Origin: the human T2T-CHM13v2.0 reference genome, Homo sapiens
Assembly: GCF_009914755.1 (NCBI RefSeq)
Contig: NC_060932.1
Length of the DNA stretch: 64,000 nt
Reading direction: 5' to 3' (one strand)
Under the pieces are notes generated by a model, which did not search any database, had not been told where the DNA came from, and saw only the letters and a program-made list of their open reading frames with translations. Shown here in pieces: positions 42,570 through 54,869 of the stretch. The position numbers and the translations under genes are program-made. Every line of letters begins with the position of its first letter. Positions within the stretch are counted from its first letter, which is position 1.

Positions 42570-44450
42570 GTTTTTTAATTTTCCTCACTATTTTAAATAG
42601 TTCATTTCATTCTTTTCTTTATTGCAGGTTTCTGTGGAGAAGTCAGGTATAATTCCTATTATTGATCCACTATAGGTAAGGTGGTCCTTCCCCACTGACT
42701 TCTATCAAGTTTTTTCTTTATCTTTGATTATTTGGTATTCGACTATGATATACCTGAGTATAGGGGTTTTTTGTTTGTTTTTTATTTGTTTGGCACTGCT
42801 GTGTCCTTTATTCTCTATTTCTTCTCCTTTTGATGTTCACTTACACGTATATTATACCTTTTTTGGTTGTCCCACAGCTCTGGGCTATTTTGTCAGGGTT
42901 ATTTTTCAGTTATTTTCTCTTTGTTTTCCAGTTTTGTGTTTCTATTGTCACATTCTTAAGCTCATAGAGTCTATCCTCAGCCATGTCCAGTCTACTAATA
43001 ATCCCATTAAAGGAATTATTCACTTCTTAATATTTAGGGTCTCTAGCATTTCTTTTTTATTCTTTCTTAGAATTTCCATCTCTCTCCCTACAGTATTCAT
43101 CTGTTCTCAACCTATTACTTTAAATCCCTAGCATATTATTCATAGTTTGCTTGGTTGTTTGTTTTCTTTTTCAAATTTCTGATCTGATAATTTTAGCTTT
43201 CTTTTCATATATGACTCTGGTTCAGATGCTCAGTCTCTTTAAACTGTGGGTAGTTTTTTTTGTTGTTGTTGTTGTTGATTTGGTTTGTTTTCTTTTATGT
43301 TTTTTCTTTTTTTTTTTTTTTTTTTTTGGTTTTGCCTTTTGGTATGCCCTTCAATTCTTTGTTAAATGGTAGACATGATGTGGGTCTACAAGGAATAGTA
43401 GTAAGTAGTCCTTTAGAAATGTAGTGGTAAAGTTTGTGGGGTGAGAAATTGTTCTACAGTCCTGTGACTAGATATCAATCTCTTGGTGAGTGTGTATCCC
43501 TGAACTGTGAACTTCACCAGTGATTCACATTTTCTGTCACCCTCTGAGATCAGAGGATATGTCTAGATGGGTCAGTATTAGGATGTTTTCCTTCCCTCAG
43601 GTACGTTAGGCTCTAATGAAACCTCAGCAGATCAAGCTCTGGTAAAATAGTTTCTCCTGAAAGCAGATCCTGTTAAGAACAGAATTATCTGGTGTATATG
43701 AAAATTGTTCTTTTTTTTCCTCTCCCTGCCAGAAACATAAGGAGATTTTTCTCCAATATCCACTGTGAGGACCTGATGGAGTTCCTAAAGGTAAACTTTA
43801 TAAAATTGTAGATGTCTACCCTGTGACTGAGTCCTTGGTATTTTTAACTCTCAGATTTGTTTACACTAAGCCTCCAGAAATTTGTCAATTATAGCTAGGT
43901 TTTCTTACCCCAGCAATACTTCTCATAAAGATTTTTGTTCATTAGTTTTTCTGCTCCAGTAAGTTTTGATTCTCTGGATCTGCCTGTCTCTTTCCAATTT
44001 TTGAGACTGTAATTTGCCCAATGTCCTCTTTTCTATTATGAATCTAAAAAGAGTTATTGATTTTTCAGTTTATTTAGCTTTGTACTTGTTTTAAGTACAG
44101 AGTGGTGACTTCTAAGCTCCTTACATGCCAGACCAGAAACTAAAAGTAAAGGCTAAAAAAATGTTGAGGGGCATGATTAAAAAAAATTGCTTCAAATTGA
44201 CTTTTAGTAAAAAAAATCTAGACTTCAAGGACTCTGCTGATGATGGCTTAAAAGAAAGAGAAAAATATTGAAAAAAATATTATTGGAAAGAGAAATATTA
44301 TTGTTGTGTAGTAACAGAAAACTTAGAAAATTGCTTCCTGCAGTCATATGGAAAACAGAAGGTATAAGTGATAAAGTTGGTACATAGTAAAGGAGAATTT
44401 CAAGAGAAGTGTTGAAGGCGTTACCTGGTTTCTTGTGGGGCTTATAGAGA

Positions 44451-46844
44451 TGCTTTTGGAACCTATGGCAGGAGTGTAAAGGTATATCAGAGCACAGACC
44501 CTTAGAATACTGGAGCAAAACTATAGACACTCTGTAGTTATTCTCCTTTTGAAAGTCACAAGATTTTGGCTTGTGACTAGGGTCTTAGAAGAGACTGATT
44601 GCTTGACCATGGACAACAGGAATACCACATAACTTGAACTGCCCATCATGAACTGGGTGTTGTCTGACACACCATGTCATAAGGCTGAGCATGCATAGAA
44701 GAATTTTATCATCTAACGAAGTAGTATATATAGGATTGGGCTCCAACCATGAATATATAAGGAAGTTGCACGAGGAAGTGACCCCTATTTCTGAAATACT
44801 GCCTTTTGTCTCTCTCATCAATACCTATATTTCCCTATTCTCTACTACCGAAGAAATAAAAATTTAAATTGGATTAATTGATCATTCTTCATGATGTGCA
44901 AGTACCACCTGAGTGTAGTGTAGTAATACTTCATGCCACTGTGAAACAGTTCTGAAAAACAATAATAAAAAAAACAAAATGAACAAAGTTTCAATCAGTC
45001 TCTCCAGTTATTCATTTTTTTCTTGAAAATAAAGATAAACAAAGGTACAAATCTATGCAAATCCTTACGTTGTGGCCAATGGTTTGGCTGGATGGTTATG
45101 GCATTAGTAGGAACACAATTGGGAAATTGATACAAGGAGGTCTTGGAAAAATGTATGTTGAGAGATGTCTCTGAATGGGTACAGATTGTGAAGATATTTG
45201 GATACCATGTGAATGCTCACCAAAAGATGACCTAAGGAGTGAAGGGAATTTAAATAATCAGCGAAATAGGATGACTTAGTTTGTACACACCAGATAGCTT
45301 TTTCCTCAAGCGTCTTCCATTATTGTCCAATGGACTTATGAACAAAGAAGCCATAGTAGCAGAAATAAAGGTTAGGCATGGGATCAGTAACATGGTCTTT
45401 TACTCACCAACGCTGACCTGGATGCAGTCACTTGCAGAGTACTTAATTTGTTTACATTATAGAACAACATTGAACACTATTCCTCAGCATGATTAGTCAG
45501 CTATTTGGTGGAAGGTTGATTACATTGGACCGCTTTCATCATAGAAGGGGAAGCACTATTTTTTAATGGAAGAGACATTTACTCTGGATACGGTGTTGTG
45601 TTCTCTGCTCTTAATGATTCTGCTGAAACTTTCATCCGTGAAGTAACTGGACACAATATTCACTATCGCAGTACTCCATGCAGTATTGCTTATGTCCAAG
45701 GAATTCAATTCACAGTAAATGAATTTAAAAATAAGGCTATGGTCATGAATTCAGTGCTTTTACCATATTCTCCATAATCCTGAAGCAGCTGGCTAGATAG
45801 AAAGGTGGAATAGCTTTTAGAAAACCAAATTATAATGCCATATAGATTATAATACCTTGTAGGACTGGAGCAATATCTTTTGGGATGTGAAATATGCTCT
45901 AAATCTGTGTTCAATATATTGTGTTATTTATCTCATAGACAGCATATGTGAGTCCTGTAATGAAGAAGTAAATATAAAGTGGCTTCTCCATCATCCCTAA
46001 TAATCTCATAGAAAAACATTTACTTCTGTGACCATGATTTTATGTTTTGCAGATCTAGAGGTCTTAGTCCAAATGGAAGAACTATTTTCATCAGGAGAAA
46101 CAATAATTCTATTAAACTGGAAGTTTAAATTGCCACTTGTTTCATGCTCTTCTCATGCCTCTGAATTAACAGGCAAAAAGAGGAGTTATTATGCTATCTG
46201 TAGTAATTGATCCTGACTATCAATGGGAAATCGAATTGCTATTAAACAAGAAGAGTAAAGAGGAATATATATGGAATATAGGTGATAGTCTGTCTTGTGA
46301 CTGAGTAAATAAAAAAAACTGAAACTCAATTCAGTCAGGCCTATGGCTTACACCCTTCAAAGAACGAAGGTTTAACTCACCTCACTAGGCAAAGACCCGT
46401 GATAAGGTGCAGCACTTACTGAGGCCAAAGGAAATATGAAATTGGTAGTGAAAAAGGTAAATATCAGCTATGGTTATATGACCAGTTGCACAAATAAAGA
46501 TTTATGTAATAGTTATAATTATTTTTAATTTTGACTTGCTCTGCATATATATTACCAAACTTTAAGAAATCTACCTCTTCTTCCGCTTACCATTCAACAT
46601 AACATTTTTAAATAATATATGTTTTTAGTATTAAGTTACAGATATCAAACAGGGAGTCTAAATAAGCTAAGAGAAGAGTGAGTGAATATGTTTGTTCAAA
46701 GACTGTCTTTTCTTCAGACAAGATAAACGTGTTTTCAGTTGTAGGTAGGGTAGTTGCCTTAAACGAAATGATTATTTTGCTATTGTATTCATTTGAAGAT
46801 TAAATATGGTTTAAGAGTATGTATGTGCCATACAAAAGGTAAAC
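44451..46844 (+). mobile_element. Ancient ERV-L (ERVL-E-like) internal 3' half: connection, RNase H, integrase, dUTPase remnants
   Basis: GCCAATGGTTTGGCTGGATGG (ANGLAGW), TGGTGGAAGGTTGATTACATTGGACC (WWxVDYIGP), GTAATTGATCCTGACTATCAA (VIDPDYQ); PPT-like AAAAGGTAAAC at the end. Confidence 0.85.
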
Positions 46845-47399
46845 TATAATGGCTTAGTGATGTATTTATGTGGCAGGCTGAACTACATCCCCAAGAATTC
46901 CCTTTCTAGTACATTTCTAGCTAGAGTAGAAAATACGAGTTTATTTAGTGAGAACTGAAGAATGTCAGAGAGAAAGCATTTATTTGCGACATCTATTTTC
47001 ATCAAATTTCAGTTGAAATGTTGTTGTAAAGAAATATTTTAGATGCAATTAAAATTCCAAATCAGTCGATTTTGAGATAATAAAAATGGAGATTATTCTT
47101 GTTGGAGCTGAATAAATCAAAGGGAAGTCTCTTAAAGACAGAAATAAGCCTTCTGTGAAAATAAGAGACTCCAAGCCATAGCTGGATCTGCAATTTCTTT
47201 CTTTTCCCCCATTCATCTTCTCTTCCTGGGTGCTTGCCCGTAAACTTTGGGTTTATTTAGCTTACAACACAATTATGAAAGCCAATTCACTCACATACAC
47301 ACTCTCACAAACATACATGCACACCACCACACACACACTCCTGCATATATGCATATCTTCTATTTGTATTGCTCCTTTGGTTAAACCCTGACTGATATA
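46845..47399 (+). mobile_element. MLT2 (E/F-like) 3' LTR
   Basis: TATAATGGCT..GGCTGAACTAC..CCCAAGAATTCCCTTTC; CA-rich tract; ends AACCCTGACTGATATA. Confidence 0.7.
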
Positions 47400-47519
47400 T
47401 CACACATACATTTTTTTTCAGTCTTCCTTGCAAATACTTCACATGCCTATGACAAGAAAGATCTGTCATCCAATGCATCTCCATCAGAGCAGTGAAGCAA
47501 AGAAACAAACACAGTAGAG

Positions 47520-47843
47520 ATCCTTTTCTGGCAAGGAGAGCGCTAGCAACACCCAGTTTAAGCAGGGCCAGAGCATGATTCCAGAACCCAGTGACCTTGT
47601 AATTGATTGTATATGCTGCAGCTTCAAGGGTCTAGTAGTGATGATGGAGTATTTCTCAGTAAAATAGTTCTAGAAATGTAATTATATCTTCATAGGCTTC
47701 TTTGTTCCTGACCGTTTTCTTCCCCCGTACTCCACTATTCCCGAAGCATCTGTGAACTACACAGTATACTTTAAACCCATTTATTCTCTGATTAAATAGG
47801 CCATCCATTTCTATTGCTTACAACTAAGCAACAGAACTTGACA
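47520..47843 (+). mobile_element. Possible old MLT1 (J/K/L-type) LTR fragment
   Basis: 3' end TTTCTATTGCTTACAACTAAG..ACTTGACA resembles late MLT1 ends. Confidence 0.4.
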
Positions 47844-49168
47844 TCTAGATTCAACCTCAGCTACCCACAATCAGGAAATATTTATTCCACTTATTTCCTG
47901 TCCTTTTCTAGTGTTAGCCAAGAAATGTTTCTTGCAGTTGTTATTCTATTGCTAACAAATAGGACCTAATTGTTTTCTGGTCCTTTTTGTTTCATTGTAG
48001 CTATTGTTTACTTATTTTATTTTGTTTAGTCTTTCCTCTTTCTTTAGCAGAGTGGTTAAATGCGAAGACTCTAATGGAAACCAAAAACAGAGCAGTAGTA
48101 TCTATACTTAGACAAAATAGATGTCAAGACAAAAACTATCAAAAGTGACAAAGAAGAACATGATATAATAATTTAGGGGTCAATTCAGCAAAAGAGTATA
48201 ACAATTATAAATATATATGTACACAACGCTACAGCAAATATATATATACCCAGGTATATAAAGCAAGTATTGTTAGAGCTAAAGAGAGAGATAGGCCCCG
48301 ATGCAACAATAGCTGGAGACTTCAACACCCCACTTTCAGCATTGGAGATATTATCCAGAGAGAACAGCAATAAACAATATTGGACTTAATCAGTACTGTA
48401 GACCATATGGACCTAAGAGACATTTAGAGAACATTTCATCTAATGGCTACAGAATACACATTTTTCTGTCTAGCAAATAGATTATTCTCAAGGAGGGACC
48501 ATATGTTAAGCTACAGAACAACTCATAAAATATTAAAAAAATGAAGTTATATTAAAAATTTTCTCTGACCACAATGGAATAACACTAGAATCAATAACAA
48601 GGAGAATTTTGGAAACAATACAAACACATGGAAATTAAGCAATATCCTCCTGAATGACAAGTGAGTCAATAAAGAAATTAAAAAGGAATTTGAAGAATTT
48701 CTTGAAACAAATGTTAATGAAAAGACAACATACCAAAACCTATGGGATACAGTGAAAGCAGTACTAAGGGGAAGATTAAAGCCATAAATTCTTATATCAA
48801 AAAAGTAGAAAAACTTCCAATGAACAAACCAAAAGTGCATCTTAAAAAACTAAAAAAGCAAGAACAAATCAAACCCAAAATTAGTACAAGAGAAGAAATC
48901 ATGAAGATGAGCAGAAATAAATGAAATTGAGATGAACAAAATAATACAAAAGATCTAAGAAATGAAAAGTTGTTTTTTTAAAGGTAAACAAAATTGACAG
49001 ACCTATACTAGACTAAGAAAAAGTGAACAAAATAAAGGAAATCAGAAATGATAAAGGAACCATTGCAGCTGGTACCACAGACATTCAAAAGCTCATTAAA
49101 GGCTACTATGAGGAGCTATACGCCAATAAATTAAAAAACCTAGAAGAGATGGATAAATTTCTAGGAAC

Positions 49169-49608
49169 TGAAAGAAAAATATCTTAGGCCCCCAAAATTG
49201 CTAAGCTAAAGGGAAAAGGCAAGCTGGGAACTGCTTAAGGCAAACATGTCTCTCATTCTATTCAAAGTCACCCCTCTGCTCACTGAGATAAATGCATATC
49301 TGACTGCCTGCTTTGGAGAGGCTAATCAGAAACTCAAAAGAAAGCAACCATTTGTCTCTCATCTACCTATGTCTTGGAAGTCCCCTCCCTGCTTCCGGTT
49401 GCCCCGTGTCTTTCCACACCAAACCAATGTTCATCTTACATATGTTGATTGATGTCTCATGTCTCACTAAAATGTACAAAACCAAATTATGCTCTGACCA
49501 CCTTGGGTGCATGTTGTCAGGACCTCCTGAGGCTGTGTGTGTCCTCAACCTCATCAAAATAAACTTTCTAAATTAACTGAGAACTGTTTCAGATTTTTGG
49601 GGTTCACA
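49169..49608 (+). mobile_element. MER4A-type solo LTR inserted in L1MA
   Basis: TGAAAGAAAAATATCTTAGGCCCCCAAAA..CTAAGCTAAAGGGAAAA...TTTTGGGGTTCACA; L1 sequence is continuous across it. Confidence 0.88.
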
Positions 49609-49766
49609 ACACATACAACCTACAATGATTGAACCATAAAGAAATCCAAAACCTGAAGAGACCAATAAGATATGATGAGATTAAAGCCATAATATAAAAC
49701 CTCCCCAAAATAAGCCCAGGACCCAGTGGCTTCACTGCTGAAATTTACCAAACACTTAAAGAACTA

Positions 49767-49931
49767 GAGTGCTAGCAGTTGCAAGGGTGCCTGCCTCCCT
49801 GTGGGCATTCACCACATTGGCATAGACAACACAGCTGCAGGGGAGGATGGGGACCCCGATGGAGAAATTGTGCATGGTTACACTGAAGGTGGTGATGGCT
49901 TGGGGGTGGCCGGTGCAAATCTGGGTCAAGG
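49767..49931 (-). pseudogene. Captured GC-rich, mRNA-like fragment of unknown source
   Basis: Non-L1 sequence inside L1 ORF2; minus frame open (LTQICTGHPQAITTFSVTMHNFSIGVPILPCSCVVYANVVNAHREAG) with strong third-position C/G bias; source not recognised. Confidence 0.5.
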
Positions 49932-51068
49932 TATTCCAGGAAATAGAGGAGGGGTGCATACTTCCAAATTCATCTCATTCTGTGAAGCCAGTATTACTCT
50001 GATACCAGAACCAGATAAAGACATATGAAGAAAAAGAAAAAAAAAAAAAAAGGGCAAACACCCTTGATGAACATTGACGTAAGAATCCTCAACCAAATAC
50101 TAGCAAAACTAATTCAACAACACATTAAAAAGATCATTTATCATGACCAATTGAGATTTATTCTGGGGATGCTAGGATGGTGCAACATATGGAAATCAAT
50201 CAATGTGATCCATCATATCAACAGAATGAAGGACAAAAACCATAAGGTTACTTCAATTGAGGGTAAAAAATAACTTTGATAAAATTCAACATTCCTTCAT
50301 AATAAGGCCATCAAAAAATATGGGTATTGAAGAAACATACCTAAACATAATAAAGCCATGTATGACAGATCCACAGCTAGTATCATACTGAAGGGGGAAA
50401 AACTGAAATTCTTTCCTTTGAGATCTGGAACATAACAAGGATGGCTACTTTCACCGCTATTATTCAGCATAGTACTGGATGTCCTAGCTAGAACAATGAA
50501 ACAGAAAGAAATAAAAGGCATCCAGATAGGAAAGTAAGAGGTTAAACTATCTTTGGTTGCCAGCAATGTGATCTTATATTTGGAAAATCCTAAAGACTCC
50601 ACCAAAAATCTATTAGAACTGAAGAAACAAATTCAGTAAAGTTGCAAGATACAGTATTAGCATACAAAAATTAATAGCATTTCTATATGTCAACAGCAAA
50701 CAGTCTGAAAATGAAATCAAGAAAGTAAACACATTTACAGTAGTTACAAATAAAATTACATATCTACAAATTAACCAAAGAAGTAAAATATCTCTACAAT
50801 GAAAACTATAAAATATCGATGAAAGAAATAGAAGAGGATACAAAAGAATGAAAAGATAGTCCATGTTCATGGATTGGAAGAGTCAACATTTGTTAAAATG
50901 TTCATGGTATCCAAAGCATTTTACAGATTAAATGCAATCTATCAAAGTGCCAATGACATTTTTTTACAGAAGTAGAAAAACCAATTTTAAAATTTAAATA
51001 GAACCACAGAAGACCCAGAATAGCCAAAGCTACCCTCAGCAAAAATAACAAACTGGTAGAATCACATT

Positions 51069-51152
51069 ACCTGACTTCAAATTTTTCTACAGAGCTACCT
51101 GACTTCAAATTTTTCTACAGAGCTACCTGACTTCAAATTTTTCTACAGAGCT
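51069..51152. repeat. Perfect 28-bp tandem triplication
   Basis: ACCTGACTTCAAATTTTTCTACAGAGCT at 51069, 51097 and 51125. Confidence 0.95.
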
Positions 51153-52387
51153 ATAGTAATAAAAATAGCATGGCACTGGATAAAAGCAGACACGTAGGCT
51201 AATATGACAGAATAGAGAGTCCAGCAACCAACCCATACATCTACAGCAAACTCATTTTCAACAAAGGTGCTAAGAACATCTATTGGGAAAGGAGTCTCCT
51301 CAATAAATAGTTCTGGGAAAACTGTATATCCATCTACATGCAGAAAAATAAAAATTAGACTCCTATCACTTGCCATATACAAAAACTAAATCAAAATGCA
51401 TTGAAAACTTTAAGACCTCAAAATATGAAACAACTAAAATAAAACATTGGAGAAACTTTCCAGGCCATTAGACTGGTCAAAGATTTCTTGAGTAATAACC
51501 CACAACCACGGGCAACCAAACCACAATGGACAAATGGGATCACATCAAGTTAAAAAGCTTCTGCACAGCAAAGGAAACAATTCGCCATGTGAAGAAACAA
51601 TCCATAGAAGGGGAGAAAATATTTGCACTCTCTCCATCTGACAAGAGATTAATTACTAGAATATATAAGAAACTCAAACAACTCTATAGAAAAATACCTA
51701 AGAATTTGATTAAAAATGGGCAAAAGATATGACTAGACATTTCACAAAAGATGGCATACAAATCACAAACAGGTATATGAAAAGGTGCTACCATCATTCA
51801 TCATCAGAGAAATGCAAATTAAAACTACAATGAGATATCATCTCAACCCAGTTAAAATGGCTTTTATCCAAAAGACAGGCAATAACAAATGCTGGCGAGA
51901 ATGTGGAGAAAAAGGAACCCTTGTATACTGTTGATGGGAATGTAAATTAGTACAAACACTATAGAGAACAGTTTGGAGTCTTCTCAAAAAACTAAAAATA
52001 AAGCTACCATATAATCCAGCAATTCCACTGCTACGTATATCTCTCAAAGAAAGAAAACCAGCAAATTGAAGAGATATCTGCACTCCCAGGTTTATTGCAG
52101 CACTATTCACAATAGCCAAGATTTGAAATCAACCTAAATGTCCATCTATGGATGAGTGGATAAAGAAAATATGGTAAACATACACAGTGGAGTACTATTC
52201 AGTTATAAAAAATAATGACATCCTGCCATTTGCAATAACATGGATAGAACTAGAGGTCATCATATTAAGTGAAATAATCCAGGCACAGAAAGACAAACTT
52301 TGCATATTCCCACTTATTTGTGGAAGCTAAAAGTTAAATCAATTGAATTCAAGAAGATAAGAGAGTAAAATGATAGTTACCAGAGGC

Positions 52388-52453
52388 TGGGAAGGGTGGT
52401 GGGCGGGAGTGGGAAGGGTAGTGGGTGGGAGTGGGAAGGGTAGTGGGTGAGAG
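52388..52453 (+). repeat. 22-bp G-rich tandem repeat x3
   Basis: TGGGAAGGGTRGTGGGYGRGAG units in the L1 3'UTR. Confidence 0.9.
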
Positions 52454-54869
52454 TGGGGGTCAAGTGAGGAGGGTTAATGTGTACAAAAAATAGAAAGAAT
52501 GAATAAGATATAGTATTTGATAGCACAACAGGGTGAATCTAGTCAAGAATAATTTAATTGTACATTTAAAAATAACAAAAATAGTGTAAATGTACTGTTT
52601 CTAACACAGGATAAATGCTTGAGGGAATGGATACTCCATTTACCATGCTGTGATTATTACACATTGTAGGCTTGATCAAAATATCTCACATACCCTATAA
52701 AGTATACACCTACTATGCACCCATGAAAATTAAAAATTGAAAATATTGAAGTAAAAACATAAAAATAATAAGAAAATAAAATTAGGCTAAGTTGAGTTTG
52801 AATACTGCTTTTAAAGTTTAATCACTTTGTGACCTTAGACACAGTACTGAAACTCCCTATGCCTAATTTTTTTTTAAATTAGAAATTGGTATAATTGTAG
52901 TACCTAACACAAAAGGTAACAAGCTATTAAGTTTTAATTAGACAACACAAATAAAGGAGTTATTTGCTATTTTAGTTGTTATTCCTACATTCACTTATTG
53001 AACACCTCCTAGAAAATATTCATAATGAAACCTTTCTAAGGGAGGTTTTATCATATAATTACACTAAACCACGTTGGCCAATATGCTATAATACAGGTAT
53101 AAAGCAAATTTCCTTTATACAGTTTTGAAATCCTAAAAATAAACATACACTTGTGTGAAATATGTAAATGACAGAGTATCTTAATTTCCTTTGTTAGGGT
53201 GAAGCTTTTCATATTCGAGAGTAGAATGGTGCAAATACATGGAGATACTTATTAGAATATTTAATTATATCATTACATAAGTTTGTCTTCAACACTGTTT
53301 GAAATTGTTCACAAGTTAAGTATGGAGTTTATACTCAAACATTTTGATAGGAAACAATACAATAATTCATACAAACAAATGTAACATTTTCAGAAAACTG
53401 AAAATTAAATATGGCCACTGCTAAAAAATGTAATGCAGAAGCCTAAAATATGTGTAAAATTATGTAAATAGGTTGAAAAAAGTATTCCAGCTAAACTTGA
53501 CTACTAGTTTTCTGAAGTCTTGCCAAACTCCAAATAAAAGCTGCATTGACTAGAATATTTTGACATCTGGATACTTTTTCTTTAAGTTCTAAGAAAATAC
53601 TCTGCATTTAGTTTGAAATGTGGCTGCTGCCTAAGTCGCTATTTCCACTATAGTCAAAATAGTTATTCTTTGTAATTTCCTGTTTGTCATATTACTTCTT
53701 TTCAACCACCTGATGATCAAAGATACTCTCAATATTTTTTTAAACTGTTTTTCCTGTCTAATTTTTTAGTTAGTGTTTAAACAGGCTTGCATTGGCAAGC
53801 TAACTTTTCCTTTGACCTATTCAGGCTTTCAATCTTTAGACTTCACTTTGTTGCCAGAGCTATGCAATTTATTAAAATTAAATTGAACACTGCAAAAAAT
53901 ATTAACAAAGTTCAGCAGTTCACCAAATTGAATGTTGAAAATTATTTTTCCAGTCATGTTCATGTTGCAGGAAATTCTTTGAATACTGAATCTATCTTGG
54001 GTAATTTCAATCTATAATAAAACCAAAAAGTAAAGCTTATTCTGTATGTGACTCTCTCCCTTAAAATACATTGAAAAACACGAGTTTGGTCGAAGTTCTG
54101 TTACACAAAACACATTTGGTGTCCTTATTTCACTGAGAATCTCCAAGCCTGAGCCCTAGCTCAGTCAACATTTACTTAATCACATATTAATAAAATGCAG
54201 ACCGTTAGGGCAGTATTCAAGACATGGCTTTACATAGTTACTATAATTTCTGCATAAAGAAATTGAAATTCACACAAGTTTAAAATATGTTCAGTGGAAA
54301 GTAATGTGTCTTCACAACTGTGCTCAATCGACTGCAATGTTATTTTTTTCTTGCTTCTAAATGGCAATCAACATATGCACAAACACATGGTAGAGACAAT
54401 GGGATGCTCCATCAGAAAATAGAACATTTGTTCCCTCATCTTTAAAAACTATTCAAAACTTGGATTTACAAATGACCTGTGTCTGGTGGCACAAAAATGG
54501 TGGTTATCCTTTATTACATTATATACTGTTTTCTGAGTATAGACTCTAGGGGAAATATTAAGCCTTGTACAGTACTTTTTGTCACAATAATATGACATTA
54601 CATATTATCTTCAGAGAATTTATTTGATTAGTTTTTATTTGTTTTGGTTTATGGGTATATGCCATAATTCTTTGATGTGTTTATTATTATAGAAGATAAC
54701 TAGCTCTAAATTTATATAAGTATATATAAATTATATATAATATATATTCATATAGAAACATATGTAATTTTTATATATAAAAATGTAAATTTTTATTATG
54801 TAGTTTATTATAACTGTGATTTGTCTAAACGGAGCTTACGTAAGTTAAACATTGACTATAAGAACTTAC

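Larger units (their letters stand above)
35260..44147 (-). mobile_element. Near full-length ancient L1MC (L1MC1-like) with nested insertions
   Basis: Antisense 3'UTR (GCAATTTTAGGTTTGCAGCAAAATTG..CAATGAACCTACAC), ORF2, inter-ORF region, ORF1 and a 5' end ..AAGCTCCTTACATGCCAGACCAGAAACTAAAAGT. Confidence 0.85.
35169..44450 (+). mobile_element. MLT1 (MaLR) internal region in two pieces (35169-35255 and 44148-44450), split by L1MC
   Basis: TGCTGCTATAAAAATACCTAA..CTTTGGAAC before the L1; GGCTAAAAAAATGTTGAGGGGCATGAT..AGAAAACTTAG..GTGTTGAAGG..CCTGGTTTCT after it. Confidence 0.7.
48073..52783 (+). mobile_element. 5'-truncated L1MA (L1MA1/2-like), most of ORF2 plus 3'UTR
   Basis: Starts in the endonuclease region (AATGGAAACCAAAA); 3'UTR TAGTATTTGATAGCACAACAGGGTGA..CACCTACTATGCACCCA; A-rich tail. 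Confidence 0.92.
48044..52960 (+). mobile_element. MIR split by L1 (48044-48072 and 52785-52960)
   Basis: TAGCAGAGTGGTTAAATGC..GACTCT before the L1; TGAGTTTGAATAC..TGTGACCTTAGAC..TATGCCTAATTT..TAGTACCTA after it. Confidence 0.6.
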
